From positions 17,050,001 to 17,114,000 of the forward strand of contig OX597816.1 in NCBI GenBank assembly GCA_951406725.2: a stretch of DNA of 64,000 bases, in the 5' to 3' direction. The stretch comes from Octopus vulgaris. Its lineage: Eukaryota. Below the pieces are notes generated by a model. It worked only from the letters and a program-made list of their open reading frames with translations, ran no database searches and was not told where the DNA came from. Below are positions 26,098 through 40,573 of the stretch, piece after piece (the stretch's first letter is position 1; the number at the start of each line of letters is the position of its first letter). A program made the position numbers and the translations under genes.

Positions 26098-26700
26098 ATC
26101 AACATCGTCATTATCATCATCATCATCATTTAGCATCTGTTTTTCATGTTGGCATGGGTTGGAGGGTTCAACAAGAGCTGGGGAACCAGAGGACTGTATT
26201 AAGCTCCAATGCCTGCTTTGATATGGTTTCTATGGCTGGATGCCCTTTCTAACACCAACCACTTTAAAGAGTGTATTGAGTGCATCTAATGTGGCACCAG
26301 CACAAATAAGGTCAGCAAGTAACTAACATGACAAGACCCCCTTGAGTGAAGGAGGGAGGGAGAAGAGTTGAGGGAGAAGACTTTATGCCAGGTGATGATA
26401 GGCTAAAATATGATAGCAGGAGAACATGTCTTTAATTGTTGGGGAGATATATAGTTGCCCCAGTTGGAAAAGAAAGAGGGTGGTGAAGGTGTGTCAGGGC
26501 GTACCCTCAAGTTTACATAAAGGTGAATATAATAAATGTGCTATGGGTGGGTAAGTAAATTCACAGAACTATGAAAGGATAGTGGATGGGTAGAGGTGAG
26601 ACAGAATAAAAAGAAGTTAATGGTGAACATGGGCGGACATATGGTCAATGATGATGACATATATAATGATACAAGTATCCCTTTGCCAGTAATCACCTTT
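26098..26700 (-). mobile_element. Family A variant with long purine/pyrimidine-biased 5' region
   Basis: (cat)n tail plus family A body to ~26310; continuation resembles the reverse complement of 50830-51000. Confidence 0.6.
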
Positions 26701-28425
26701 TCCAATAATATACAAAGAAAATTATTACCTACAAGCAATATTTGTAATCAATTTAGATCTTAGAATTAATTATATGAGTAAATTAGATTCAATTATATTG
26801 TATATTATCAAATATGGTCTAATTCTTTTGTTGATTTGCTTGCAACCTATATTATACTAACTCTCATATGACTAAATTCTGTCTTAAATCATAAAAAGGA
26901 AAAAATTAAGGCACTTCTCTCTCTTTTTTGTTTTCTATAAGTACAATAGTTTGTTTGTGTTGCTTCTTTTATTACAACTTGCTAATCATTTCACTTAGCA
27001 TTCTGACTGAAACTATTAAAATTACGCACATTTGAGATTGTAAGACATAAAAAAAATTTTCCCTTTCACAGATGTTAATGCAAGTTTTATCATTTACATC
27101 ATGCCAATGCTATACTTGCTAACTCCTATGATAGATCAACATTCTATATCTCAATATCACTTTAACATGTTCTGTTTCTATTTGTGTATATGCAAGTGTA
27201 AAATCAATGAACGCACTCGTATGCACCCAGTGCAAAGTATATTATGCATTAATGATTTGACACATCCATATACACAAAGCAGTTTGCAGATACAGATTTT
27301 CAAATTTTGTCTGGAATTTCCTAAGTTATATGCATATGTATTTAACTGTGTGCATTTTCAGTCTTATTTAAACTGTTATTGAATTCTATTGGAAATTATT
27401 GAATTAATATAACACACAATTTAATATAAATATAAAATGTTATCGAATGGATGTTGGCAGAATCTTGAAGTTGCTATACGGTTATAAGAACATTAAAAAA
27501 AAGTCTCAATAAATAATGATTGGAAGAAATTTGAAAAGAATTTTTTGTGTTCATTTTTCACTGACAGTTTTTCATTAAATATCCATAATAATATTTTCTA
27601 TATATTTAAATTATATTTCCAATATTTCATTATTCATAAAAGTGGAGTAAAAAATAACACCTTGGCAATTAAAATGGATTCTCAAAGTACAGTCAAGAGC
27701 CCCTTACAAATATTTTGTACATATAATCTTTCATTAACATAAGCTAACAAATACATTTCAAATAAAATAGTACCTAAACTTTTACAAATTCGGGTATACC
27801 CATACACTCAAATGCATACATATAGGAGAGCTAATTAATAGAGCCTCTTGGTATCTCTCACTTGCAAAGTCAGTGGTGACAAAAGACTCAATTGATTCCT
27901 ATTCTGGTGTTCAATAAAATGGTCTTTTCTTATTAATAGCTTAATTTAAATCAAGCTCTAATGTTGGGAAATTAATATATGCCACTGCTAGGAAGGTAGT
28001 ACAAATGAATTCAATGCCCCAGTGTTTTGTGATGCAACAGTGCTCATAACTAGGAAACATCTTTGACTGAACATTCAAAGATCTTATTTCATTGCAATCT
28101 GTCGATCCTTGATAAATGCCGTTGCATACAAATACTATAAATCAGTAAGATTGAATAGATTTCTGAGATTAGAAGAATAAAAATATAAATTCTAGAACAG
28201 AGAAAATAAGTTAAATTTCTCATTTGCCCACATCATGTAGGTATGAAATTATACCAATAAAATATTGCTATAATTATCAATACTATGTCCAGTGGATAAA
28301 ATTCCCTAACATCTGTACTTTCAAAGATTGTAGTTGTAGCTATAATATAAACAAGAACTTAAATACTCGTTATAAGAAGTAAAAGAATAATAACTGATCA
28401 AATATTTTCTTTGGAAGACAAATGA

Positions 28426-28645
28426 CCCTTTCATTACCAACCCGGCTGAAACCAGCTCTGACTCTGAGTATAAATGTCTTGTTTTCATACATTCTGAATT
28501 AAAATCTTCCACCAAAACTTAGTCACAATTTATGTTCCTAACATTAGCTTAATGATAACTAAGATATTTTACAAAATTCTTTGTTATATTTAAAGTGATT
28601 GAAAGAAACACAAAGCATCTCAAAATAAATACAGTAACGAAAGGG
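28426..28645. mobile_element. piggyBac-type MITE
   Basis: TIRs ccctttcattac / gtaacgaaaggg (11 of 12 match); TTAA on the right, degenerate ATGA on the left. Confidence 0.7.
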
Positions 28646-31600
28646 TTAAACTAAATGGATGTTTTTACTTAGTGATTTAAAATGCAACTTCTTTCTATGA
28701 CCCTATTTGCTATATGGTCCATAAATACACTAATAGCAAATACAGATGCTTACATCCAGTTTGTAGACTGATAAACAATTCCAAGAAAACCTTTTTTTAG
28801 CTTCTTTACACAAAAGATATTTAAACTTACTTGCTGGTGAATAAAAAATTTTAGTTAACCCTTCTATATACTGAGTTAAAATTCTGCCAGGGTCAACTCT
28901 GCCCAGAGCCAGCTGGAGTTACTGCAAGATGGGCAGTCGATGGGAACACCACATCATGCTTAATGTATTCCCAATGCAATAAGAAAATGTAAAAATAACA
29001 AATAAAATATAAACAAAATTACTTGAGTAGTGACAAGCTTATTCTAAAATGCATGGGAGTTGCAGGGGCATGACTCCTGTTAAACATAAGGAAATTCATT
29101 CGATTTTCAAGAAGAAAGTGCTAATTAAAGATAGAGTGTCAATTACATGATACTTTCTAAGTCCTTAATTATAGTAGATAATTGGTAGTTCATGGTTTTA
29201 GACAGCAATCTCAAAGTATATCAAGTAATACATTTGCTCAAGAACTCAAAGACAAGAAATATTAGTTTTGATCATGAATCATGAGGTACAAGAAACAGAA
29301 CAGACCAGTCGTAATCAGCGAACTCAGAGGGTTGCAAGTGCAACACTACCACACTAACAATCAAGGTATATTTAATCTTAGTTATAGTGGCCTTTATTTC
29401 AGCATATCTTTCTGTTCTTTACAAGTGGGAAGCCAGATCAGTTGTCAAGATTCAAGAGCATTGGTTAAGCACCAAAGCCTCAGCTCTTAAGTTATAACAT
29501 GTCATAGCACAAATCTGTGTGTTTTTAGTAAATTGAAGCTTGTAAAGATATATTTATATTCGTCCATGATATAAGACAAGACATTGTCAATAGAAAATAG
29601 TATTGTAGAAGAAAAGGTGCAAGAAGAAAGTACCATGAAAACATTTGCAGATATAAAATTGAAAAAAGAAAATATTATCCATATCTGTTCTTTTGGTCAT
29701 ATTCTTTAATTTGCAAGAAAAATTTACGGCCAATCAATCGTACCCTTCTAACTTTCTCTTTCACCTACCCATCATCCACACAGCTTTGTAATAAAAATGT
29801 ACCAAGATCATTGCCATTAATGTAGATACAGTCTTCATACCCCTTCTCCACTCACTCCGTCTCTTTCCATTAATCAAATTAACTTAGAATTATAACTTAG
29901 ATGCTGTGTTTGAACTGTTCTCTTTAGCTTGTATATATTGAACACTTTATTCATACATTAGCAGTTTTATCACCAAGAGAAAATTTTTAAAGATTGTTTG
30001 AGCAAAGCCCAATGTCTTTCAAATTTAGGGGATCAATGAATTAAATATCAGTACTGTAATGAGGTCAATCATTTTAATCTCCTTATAAAATTTGTATCCT
30101 TTTGGTAATGTAAAAACAAAGTTATCAAAGTAAACTATTTATGTAATAGGCTGTCAAAATCTTAGAGATGACAGAAAGAACAGAATTTGTTATATCATTC
30201 AATTACATGGTGTTTAGAAACAGTTTTTCTCAATTTGGTGTCACTTCAAAATCTAATAGAAAACATTTTCACAGAGCAAGACAAAATTTCATGATCTGAA
30301 GTAAATGAGGTCAAAGCTTCACACATTTGAAATTGCTATATTTATGTAACACCACCGAGTCTGTAATTTGCAATAACTTTCACATCAGTAGCACTTATGT
30401 TTGTTATAGAAAATTGGAAACATGATTTTAAATTAACTTTAACAGTTTTAATATAGGTATTGTTTTCAAGTTTAATTTCAAATTTGTTAAAATATTTAAC
30501 TTTCTAATTATTGGTTTGTTTATCAAGGTGTTACCTCATTCTTGTCTGGTTCATTCATCTCTGAAGCTTTGATAAATTTCATAGCTTGACAAAATATTTG
30601 TTAAAAAAAGAAACGAGGCAACAGCATGAATATAAGTCAACCACTTCCAATGAGAATAGATTTCATTTGAATGAACAATACAATTTTGTTTTCTTGGCAA
30701 CAGATTAGATGCCAACAAATCTATGAACAAAATATTGACACCAAACACGTTAACAAGAGAACCTTTTTCAACTTGATTTAAAAGTTATTGGTAAGTGATA
30801 GCTATCTACATATTTATCCAGGTTCAGTTGACCTTGAGTTTAAATTTTTAACCATAAAATCAATAAAATTCAGATATGCAGTTTTTAAGATAAACATTGG
30901 CATGAATTCAAAACGTTGTCTAAAATCTTGTTCTTCTGCGATTTGTTCCTCAAATAATAGCAATTAACTCTGCCATTTTGATTTATGAGGAAGTTCTTCA
31001 GGATGTGGAGAATTCTGATATCAAGTTATCTCTGTCATATTCTATTTCTGATTTCACTCATATGGAATGTTTTGATTAATAGGCTCCTTCTCTTACGAAA
31101 TTGGTTACAAATCTGTCATTTGAATTTATTATCAGTGTTAAAAAGGTTATGATATAACTGCTTAGAAGAGCTAGCTTCAATTATGTTGTATTTCACTTTT
31201 AGAAACTGATTTCTAATTGAAGCTTCATGAGTAAATTAGCTTACTGTGGTTAAGGTAACATGGTTGTTAATAATCGCATGCTAACTTAATTCAAGGGCAG
31301 CTGTAGATACTGATCTTAGAGCAATTTTGAATTGATATCTTCTGCTATTCTTTATCACTAATATATATTCTGTTAGACATTCTAACATATGACTACTAAC
31401 ATTCTTTATCTTATCATGAAATAATTTCATCCTTTCCTCAAAGGGAGATCAATTTGTTATTCAATCTTAAAGTACTATGCAGTAGAACACAGTTTTAGTT
31501 CATTTCATTTTCAACATTTACTAATATTTATCTGATGTTTGTTTTCCCATTTGTTAAGATTTACTGATACCTTTTAGTTTTATATTTCATCCCCCTTGCA

Positions 31601-31899
31601 AAGCGATATGACTAGCTAATAGTCTCAATGCTAATATATGAATAAATTATTATATATCTTTATGTCCCATGGGTATAAATACAAAAATCATAATACTTTG
31701 TTATGAATCTCTACAAAAAAATGTTTTCTTATGAATTCTAAATATTTTTTGCAAAGCTTTTACAAATTCAGTGGCATTTTGTACATTTTGCGTATTTCAA
31801 GACAGAGAGATATCTGGTAGTCCTGGGCAAAACATTGAACAACATTCAGTAGTGAAACTCCAGCTCATGTGTTCAGGTCTGTTCTGATCCAGGTTAGAA

Positions 31900-32064
31900 C
31901 TTGTTAAAAATTATGTATCAAGTTGCACTTGATTAAGTTGATACAGGATTTTGAAGGACTGGCCTTTAGCCATGTCACAAAGGCTTGTTAAATGTCTAAG
32001 TTGCACTTGACTTAGTTAATATAAGATTTAGAAGGACTGGCTTTTAGCCATGTGTCAAAAAGCC
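31900..32064. repeat. Two-copy tandem duplication, period ~78 bp
   Basis: aagttgcacttga...gaaggactggc(c/t)tttagccatgt starting at 31920 and 31998. Confidence 0.85.
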
Positions 32065-32939
32065 CACTAGTCTGTGAACATGCCTTGATATCATTTAAAC
32101 CAGTCCCACGGCCTAAAGGTTAAAAAGGCCATGTGCCTCAAATGTAAGCTTGGGATTGGAGGAGAATAGACAATGGGAAAACACTGGGAAAATCATGAAT
32201 GTTCGTGCTCTGGCATGAAAGTCCATGATTGCTGACACCTGCAGGAAAAGCACATGGAGAGAAAGAGAAAGAAAAAAACTGGAGATACAGTTGGATTCAA
32301 TCAATTTCCATGTGCTTTAAGGAGAAAATAATTATATTCTGATTAATTCCAAAACTGATGTTTAATTTTTTATAGATTATCAGTAGATCAAAGATTAGTA
32401 AATGATGCATTCAAAACTTCACTGGTTTAATGATTTCCATTTATCCACTTTGATGAATACATTCAAATATAATACTGAGGATGGGCAACTTGTTTGAGCA
32501 GAAGCATGCATCAGCTTGAGATGCCATCATTTTTAAATGTTTTAAATACATGGTTATTATTTGTCCATAATGATGATTATACACAGACAGGGTGTGGTGG
32601 ATAAACTGTCATCTAAATTATGCAAAAATGAAAATAACACTGACATCTCATTTTAATAGATATATTGACCAAAATTACATAAAAATATCTTGAAATAGTA
32701 AAGAGTAAATTTATTCAATAAAATTGCCATTGGCTTCAACCACCGCCTCCAGTATCATAGAAGTTGGGGTGGAACAATTGCAGCTCAGCCCTCTTACAAC
32801 CACAGTAGCTGGGGTAACAGTGTCTTAGAGGGTTGAATGAGGGATTGGTGTAACAAAAACTAGCTGCTGGAAAGGCTTGTGAAGTACAGATTAAATGCTG
32901 AGACAAAGACGCTAATGATATGCTTTTAGGACCTCATTT

Positions 32940-33490
32940 TTGCTGAAGTCTTCTCAAAATCAATAAATTACAATTCATCTCAGTCCTTTATTATTTCCTC
33001 CACAAGGCTCAATAACCTAAGATTGGTCATCACTGCATCATCCATATCTTCCTAGATCTCCTTCTTCTGCTAGTTCCAGCCTCATTTAATGATTAGTACC
33101 TCTTTATACAGTTGTCTTCATCTATATGCCTCACATGACCATACTAGCACAGACTACTCTCCTGCATGCTACATCTGGTGCCATTTCCACCCAATATTTT
33201 CTCAGTTCATTTCTACTTCACTGTATATGCATACTGACATTGCACAAACAGTGGAGCATGCTAGCTTCATATTTGCATGTCTTCTACATTCATGGTCCAT
33301 GTTTCACTACCATGTAGCATTTCTGCCCATACACAAGCATCATACCGTCTACCTTTCACACTGAGGGAGAGGCCACTTGTTACCAACAGAAGTAATAGCT
33401 TTCTTTGGTAGGCTCATATCCTAGCAACTATACTTCCAGAACAACCTCTTCCATTGTTAATTAGGTCACATAAGTAATGAAACTGTCTAG
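32940..33490 (-). pseudogene. RTE-like LINE, RT C-terminal region
   Basis: Minus strand gives DLINNGRGCSGSIVARI, LSLSVKGRRYDACVWAEMLHGSETWTMNVEDM, YGHVRHIDEDNCIKR. Confidence 0.75.
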
Positions 33491-33682
33491 TAGAACTCTA
33501 AGGATCCTTCAAGACATTTGAGAACATCTATTTACCATTAATTCTTAGTTATCTTGTTCTTGTCTACTTTCTGTGGTAATATTCCAGTGTGTCCATAGTT
33601 TGCACTGGATACACCTTTTAGAATTACTGCCTACACTCTTTCTATATGCTGAAAAAGACCCAAAAGGGATTAGCATATTATT

Positions 33683-33860
33683 CCTTTATTCTTTTATTTG
33701 TTTCAGTCATTTGACCTCAGGACTTATTCTTTGTAAGTCCAGTACTTATTCTATCAGTCTCTTTTGCTGAACCACTAAGTTACGGGGACACAAACACACA
33801 AACAACACACACACAAATATATGTGTGCACACACACACACAAATATATATGCGTGCACAT

Positions 33861-33902
<42 letters not shown>

Positions 33903-34063
33903 CGGTCTTTTTTTCAGTTTCTGTCGACCAAATCCACTTACAAGGCTTTGGTCAGCCTGATGCTATAGTAGGAGACACTTGCCTAAGGTGCAACGCAATG
34001 GAACTGAACCCAGAACCATATGGTTGAGAAGCAAGCTTCTTACCACACAGCCACTCCTGTGCC
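33683..34063 (-). mobile_element. Family B SINE, near full length, expanded (CA)n
   Basis: Reverse complement of 3508-3898 with an internal deletion in the tail. Confidence 0.85.
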
Positions 34064-34543
34064 TATATTGTCTGCTTTCCTGCTAAAACTTTGTTTAAAA
34101 CTTTAAAAAGTTAACCTTTTAGGTTAATTTCAGACACATGCCATCAGTAATTACTCAGGGTAGACAGTTGGTGATCTTTATCTAGTAAAACACACAAAAA
34201 ATAAGCGAAATGCAGGCACACAACTGAGTTGAAGGCAGATTTACTTCTGCCTTTAAATCACATAAAGAAAATGTTGTTGTAGGAATGTATGCAGCACATG
34301 TACTACAGCAATACTAAAGACTGAGATTGAAAGGCAAGAGCGAATTATGCCTACCTAATCTACAAAAACAAGAAAGGTATTTTGCATTTTATGCATAGTA
34401 ATTAGAGTAACCTTCATAATTTTATTGAATTAGGTGCATATTTTGCTATAAAAGGAAAATGTTGCTTTCGATCTATTTCATTCAAGGTAGGTACTGCCAA
34501 CCTTGCCTACCAAGGCAGCATGTCCCTGATATATATATATATA

Positions 34544-34788
34544 TCATCATCATCATCAACATTTAGCGTCTGTTTTCCATGCTAGCATGGGTTGGACGGT
34601 TCAACTGGGGTCTGGGAAGCCAGAAGGCTGCATCAGGCCCAGTCTGATCTGGCAGTGTTTCTACGGCTGGATGCCCTTCCTAACGCCAACCACTCCGCGA
34701 GTGTAGTGGGTGCTTTTTACGTGCCACCCGCACAGGAGCCAGACAGAGCTGGCAAACGGCTACGAACGGATGGTGCTTTTACGTGCCA
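34544..34788 (-). mobile_element. Family A retroposon
   Basis: Highly similar to 574-830; flanked by (TA)n and (GATA)n. Confidence 0.85.
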
Positions 34789-34811
34789 TAGATAGATAGA
34801 TAGATAGATAA

Positions 34812-34844
<33 letters not shown>

Positions 34845-37009
34845 TGTATACAAACATGCACACTCACACACACACACATATATATACACACGAATACAAA
34901 TATGCATACATATACACATATAGAAATGCATATAAATACAGGCACATACATATAGATCATCATTTTATCATTTGTCAACTTTTCCGTGCTGGCTTGGGCC
35001 TAGATAATATTTGATGAGGTAGAGTTTCCAAATACCGGTCTTGTCACCAACCCACATCTGTTAACAAGCAAGGCACTACTTCCCCCATGCCTCAACATGT
35101 TTTCACAAAATACTGGAAATGAAGGATACTGCTTGTACAACAGTAATATGCTCTTTCAAAAACTGCTGCATGATATCAAAACATGCAAACTCAAATATAC
35201 ACATGTTTTATTACCTATCTATTTTCTATATTGGTTTACACTCATACATAGAGAACTATGCTTTAGTACCTATTTATATTCTATCGTGTCTTACTAACTC
35301 ACGCAGAGTTAGTACATATTTATTTTTCTATCTTATTTTATACATTATTTAATCAGTCATTCATCAACAACAACTGTAACTAAAGGAACTAAGAGTTGAC
35401 AGTCTTTTTCATTGATTTTTCATATCTCCAATAGATACCAATAATTCTTACATGAACATTCAATCTTACATGGAAATAATGTGTAAATTGTTACACTTCC
35501 TTATTAAATTATATCCTTCTTACTTATTTTATCACAACTTTAATGTACTACTGTATTTAACACTGCCCTACTCTGACTAATGCTGCTAAAAAAAAAGATT
35601 AATATGTGCCTCACATAACATTTATAAAGGTAGAACACAAACATAAGAAAGCCAATTATGAAGCAAAAAAGCAATTGTAATTCAGGCTATTTTCTTTTAC
35701 TAATATGGAATGTTATAATTATGTGTGTTATTTTCAGCTTGAAAGGATATATTTCTGTGAATACAGGCTAAAATTTGTTTTGATTGCAATTATATCAGGT
35801 GAAGTATACAATTATTATCAACAAATTATATCACAGAACTTGTAAAGTGTTCTTCAGGAATTTACTCATCTTAATAAAAATTTTTCAAGTAAAATACATC
35901 TGGATGTTTTTAGTGCAAAGTACTAATAGTATCTAAAATACTTCGCTTTTTTTTCCTTCCAAAAATCTTTGTTCTTAGTTCAATGTAATAAGAGACATAC
36001 ATGATGGGAGGGTCTTTTTTTTTTTCACTTTGTTCTGGAAATATGAAAACATTTTACATTTTTCCTTTTACCAGTATGTTAAGAAATGCCTAGCTCTGAT
36101 CAAATAATGTATTTTAGATATGAAGAAAATATGATCAAACCTACTTTTTTGTGTACTTTGTAAACCAAAGTGGTGTATGAAATTGAATCTTCTTGTAAAT
36201 AAATACTGCTCCCAATGAGATGTAATCTATAAATATGTTATTATAGCAGGTTATGAAGTGTGTGTTGAGTTTGCTGAAGAAGGAGAGCCAGATTATATGC
36301 CTTTCTGAATATAATATTTATAACTCTTCATTCAAGTTTCAAATCTTGACAAAACAGATTTTTATCCTTGAAAGGATAACCGAAGGGACAAAACAGTAAA
36401 TATTGGTGTATGATGGCTCAGGGGGGAAATATGTTAGAGAAGAATCTGGACATATATTTATAAAATAAAAAACATTCTTTAGAAGAAACTTCAAATTTTA
36501 AGGGTAATTTGTAACATAAAACTGGAAGCAACCAAAACTAACAGCATTTAAAAGGGCTTGTATTAGGTGTATAAGAACAAAGTGCATATCTTTGAAGTGT
36601 CCATGATTAACATTTATAGTTCAGGGTGAGCAAGAAGACAGAGAACAATACTTAAGAATAGTGAAGGTGAGGCCCTTTTGTCTGCTAAGATTATGTTGCA
36701 TTTATCAATTACGAAAACAAGTTATGAAAGCATATGAGAAAAAGGCAGTCCATTTAGGAGTTTGTTAAGTATTTAGAGAATTGATTCAGAGAAAAGGGAA
36801 ATAGAAAAAGGGCCTGTAATTTTTTTTAATCTCAGATTTGTCCTCATTAGGTAGACCAATGCTTAAATGTATTACAGGTATGACACTTTTATCTCTTTTA
36901 TTCATTATAACAAAATAAGAATTGACTGGAAAGAAATTTGGCTAATTTCTCACTGGTTGAGCAACTCCTGCACAGATTCAAGATGCTTCCTAAACACTAA
37001 CGTGTACCA

Positions 37010-37222
37010 GTTGTTGTTGTTGTTTAGTCGAGGTTAATCCTAACTGAGCAAACCTATGCTCAAAGGCATTCCAACCTTAACTGTCCTATCTTTTTCTTAT
37101 GTGCAGGAATCTCAAAACTCTATTATTCAATGTGTCCTTTTCTAAGACAGGTACAGTTTGAAAGCAATTTGGTAGCTATTTCTAGTAGATCAAGTGATCA
37201 CATAGAGGTTATTTTGTTGGCT
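37010..37222 (-). mobile_element. Family G repeat
   Basis: (gtt)n tttag..aaaggcattccaacc..aatgtgtcct..gctatttctagtagatcaagtga..ttggct. Confidence 0.65.
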
Positions 37223-39131
37223 CCATATGTGGAAGTCTTAGTAGAGAAAGTTAAAGACAAGAAGTGGATACTATTAGAAATCAGTAATTTAGACTAAATC
37301 TTTTTGAAAAGAGATTGGATTGAATGGTTACAATTGTGCAGACTCTGCACATGGAAAATATTTGTTCACTAAAATCATGACCTAACATTGAAGGGAGCTT
37401 ATTTTTTTTTTTTCAGCTGTCACAGACATGGATTGCTTTTACTAGTATATAAACACTAACATTTCAAGTGACTATTTAATGAGACGTTAATGTACAGAAT
37501 TTTACATTGTGTTGAATGTGGAAGATATTTTATGTCTTAATAGAGTTTAGAAGCAAGTCTTATTTTCTATCAAGATTAGATAGAAATTTGGGGAGATTTC
37601 AACAGCTGCCTTAATAAAATATAGAAAAACAGTGTTGTTGTTGAAAATGCTGAAATGTAAGATGAAAAGCTGTGATGGATTATAAGAAACTAGCAAATGA
37701 TGATAACTTAATCCCTGAATCTTAATTAAATTTAAAGAGGTGTGAGAGGCTAAGCATATAGGGGGAAAATAAGAATGAAAGAATCAATTGCTCTCTCTGC
37801 TATATTTGTGAGTGAGGAAGGCACAAGTTTACTGCCTGTCTGCTGGTGCTTGCTTAACATCTGTGGGGAGCTCATCCACTAGGGGCTACAGTTTAATTAA
37901 TTCATAACATCTCCTTAGCTTATTCATGTACTTACTCACTATTACTATAACTACAGTAGAATAGATTTTCACTGAAAATATACCCGTTGACTTATGCATA
38001 TATCAATCAATATGTCAAATAATCAGTTTTCTCACTTTTAATAATTCATAATTATTTTCTCTTTTCTACATTGCTTATGGTTCAAAGCTATCTGGCATTG
38101 TATTTATAGCACTGGCATTTTTGGATCATTATAGCAGTAAATGAAGGGATGGAAAGACCAAGAAAAACATATCATGTGTTAGTTCATAGATGTTTTGTAA
38201 TTTTGGTACTTAGATAACTATTATAAAAACTATGTTTTGTGGCACCATCAAACTGAAGACAACACAAAGAAACACAAGTACCAATGATGACATAAAAAGA
38301 AAAGGGAAGTCCAGATAGATGGAACTATAAGTAAAACTAAAAAATATATATATGGTATGCCTAAACAAATAAAGAGCGGAAATAATATAGAGTCAATGTC
38401 TTGTAAATTATTGGAAAAGAATGAGTGAAATAGTCTGATAAAATTAGAATATTAGGCTACTTGTATAGTTTATTTTAATATTTTCTCTGATTTTATTTTC
38501 TTTGATCAATATTTAGCTAGTCAGAAATGACAAAAATAAAATCAAATGCAAAGATGTTTTGCTTTCTAATCACTCAATATCATAACAATGAATGCACATA
38601 ATCAATAGTGCCATGCTTAGATGTTGGCAAGTCATTCAATCCTGTTTTTCTATAGAACACTAACAGGAAAATACATAATATAAAAATAACATCCTGTGTA
38701 GAGTCAAGAAAGTGATTTAATTTTTCCTTTTTCAAAAAGAATCTAAATATTTTCTTTTCCTAGTTAGTCATGGGTCATGGGGAAAAAATAAATTCATGTC
38801 TATGGTAACTGGTCAAAGAAACATAAAAAAAACGTACTCATAAAAACAAAGTATTAGAATGCTATCAATCAAATAAATACAACTCAAGAATATGCCAAAA
38901 TGACATACACATTGTAAAAGGCAATAAAAGAGTTTGAGTTTGAATATCTTGAATTTATAAATATACACACACAAATGCTACACAAAGCAATATCCTTTTT
39001 ATATTATTTGAACATATTTTCTGAACGTATGTAAGCCTAATTGCTCAAAGTAGAATGTATATTACCAAATTACTTTCAATAAAACAACAAAGAAAAACCT
39101 ACCTTAACAATGATACATTACACACACCACA

Positions 39132-39173
<42 letters not shown>

Positions 39174-39566
39174 CAAGTAAGGTTCAATTAATGAAAGTAC
39201 CAACTGTTACCTTCAATAAAATATGAGCGTGCATTAAGATAAGCCATTTTATTCTGTGAACAAATAAAATGGCTCTTTACAACTAATCTAACCGAATCAT
39301 ATACAGAAGTTTCCTTTGAAATTAGCAAATTCCTCAATAAAAGCAATGTATGTGTATATATACATATACAGAAAGAGAGAAAGAGGTGGGGAAGGAGGGA
39401 GAGAGGGAGAGAACACTTAGTATATTTTAGGTGTAGAATAATACTGAAATATTTATATTTCAAAATCAATCTTAAATCAAAATTATTTCAGCATTAATAA
39501 GTGCATTCTTTCAACAGAATAAATTGTATCTGATTAGGACATTTAAAAACTGAAAATATGGAGCAA

Positions 39567-39608
<42 letters not shown>

Positions 39609-40194
39609 TCAGTAAACATATACATTTTATTTTGATGCAAATGACCAAAATGCAATGAATAAAATGGCAACTTGGGACAAAAACAAATTTGTGATAAATT
39701 TAAAATAAAGAAGCATGCTAATCATGTAGTTACATGTTGGTCACATGACAGTGGCACAATAATAATGATATGATGATTGAGCACCTGGTTGCAATTTCAT
39801 TCTGAATAGATTCACATTAACACACATGCAAATGTAAAATGCAAATGTCACCAAGGATATTTAAAAGCCATTGTTCAAATCTTCTTTAACAGCAATGAGC
39901 CGATAAGACAAATTTTTCACTAAAAAGATGCCTATCTATCATACAATGGCCTACAGAATTAAGTGGAATGCCTAAATACACAATAAAACACCAACAATTG
40001 AACTCCTACATTTGATCTCACTGACCACTATACCAATATACAGGCACATAAACTTGGACATATCATACACATATATTTATATCTTATTTGTAGAAAATAT
40101 TGAAGACAGCCAAACAGGATGTAAAAGGTGTTAAGTGGAGGTTGGGTATATCATTATATCATATAAATATAGGAATAAATATAATGAACAGTGT

Positions 40195-40441
40195 AAAAGG
40201 TAAAGTTCTTTCCTGAGTCATGTTGACTCATAAGGCAGGTTTCCATAGCATATAAATTCCTCACCTGGATGGGACGCTGGTTTGTTGCAGGATTACTCCT
40301 TTTTGCCAGCTGAGTGGACTGGAGCAACATGGAATGAAGTGGTTTGCTCAAGAACTCAACACGTTGCCTGACCCAGAAATTGAAACCACAATCTTATGAT
40401 CACGAATCCAACACCCTTACCACTAAGCCACACAGCTCCAC
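40195..40441 (-). mobile_element. Family F tRNA-headed SINE, alternative tail
   Basis: Minus strand tggcttagtggtaaggg..ggtttcaatttc head and ctccagtccactcagctg core as at 51655-51945. Confidence 0.7.
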
Positions 40442-40489
40442 AATGAACAGCGTACAGGATAAACATTTTTAGAACAACCGGCTAAATAT

Positions 40490-40573
40490 CAGTAGCATAT
40501 CTTAAGCATTTTCAAATCCAATAGCATCTTAAGCATTTTCAAATCCAGTAGCATCTTAAGCATTTTCAAATCC
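40490..40573. repeat. 27-bp tandem repeat x3 at a family D fragment
   Basis: tagcatcttaagcattttcaaatcc three times. Confidence 0.9.
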
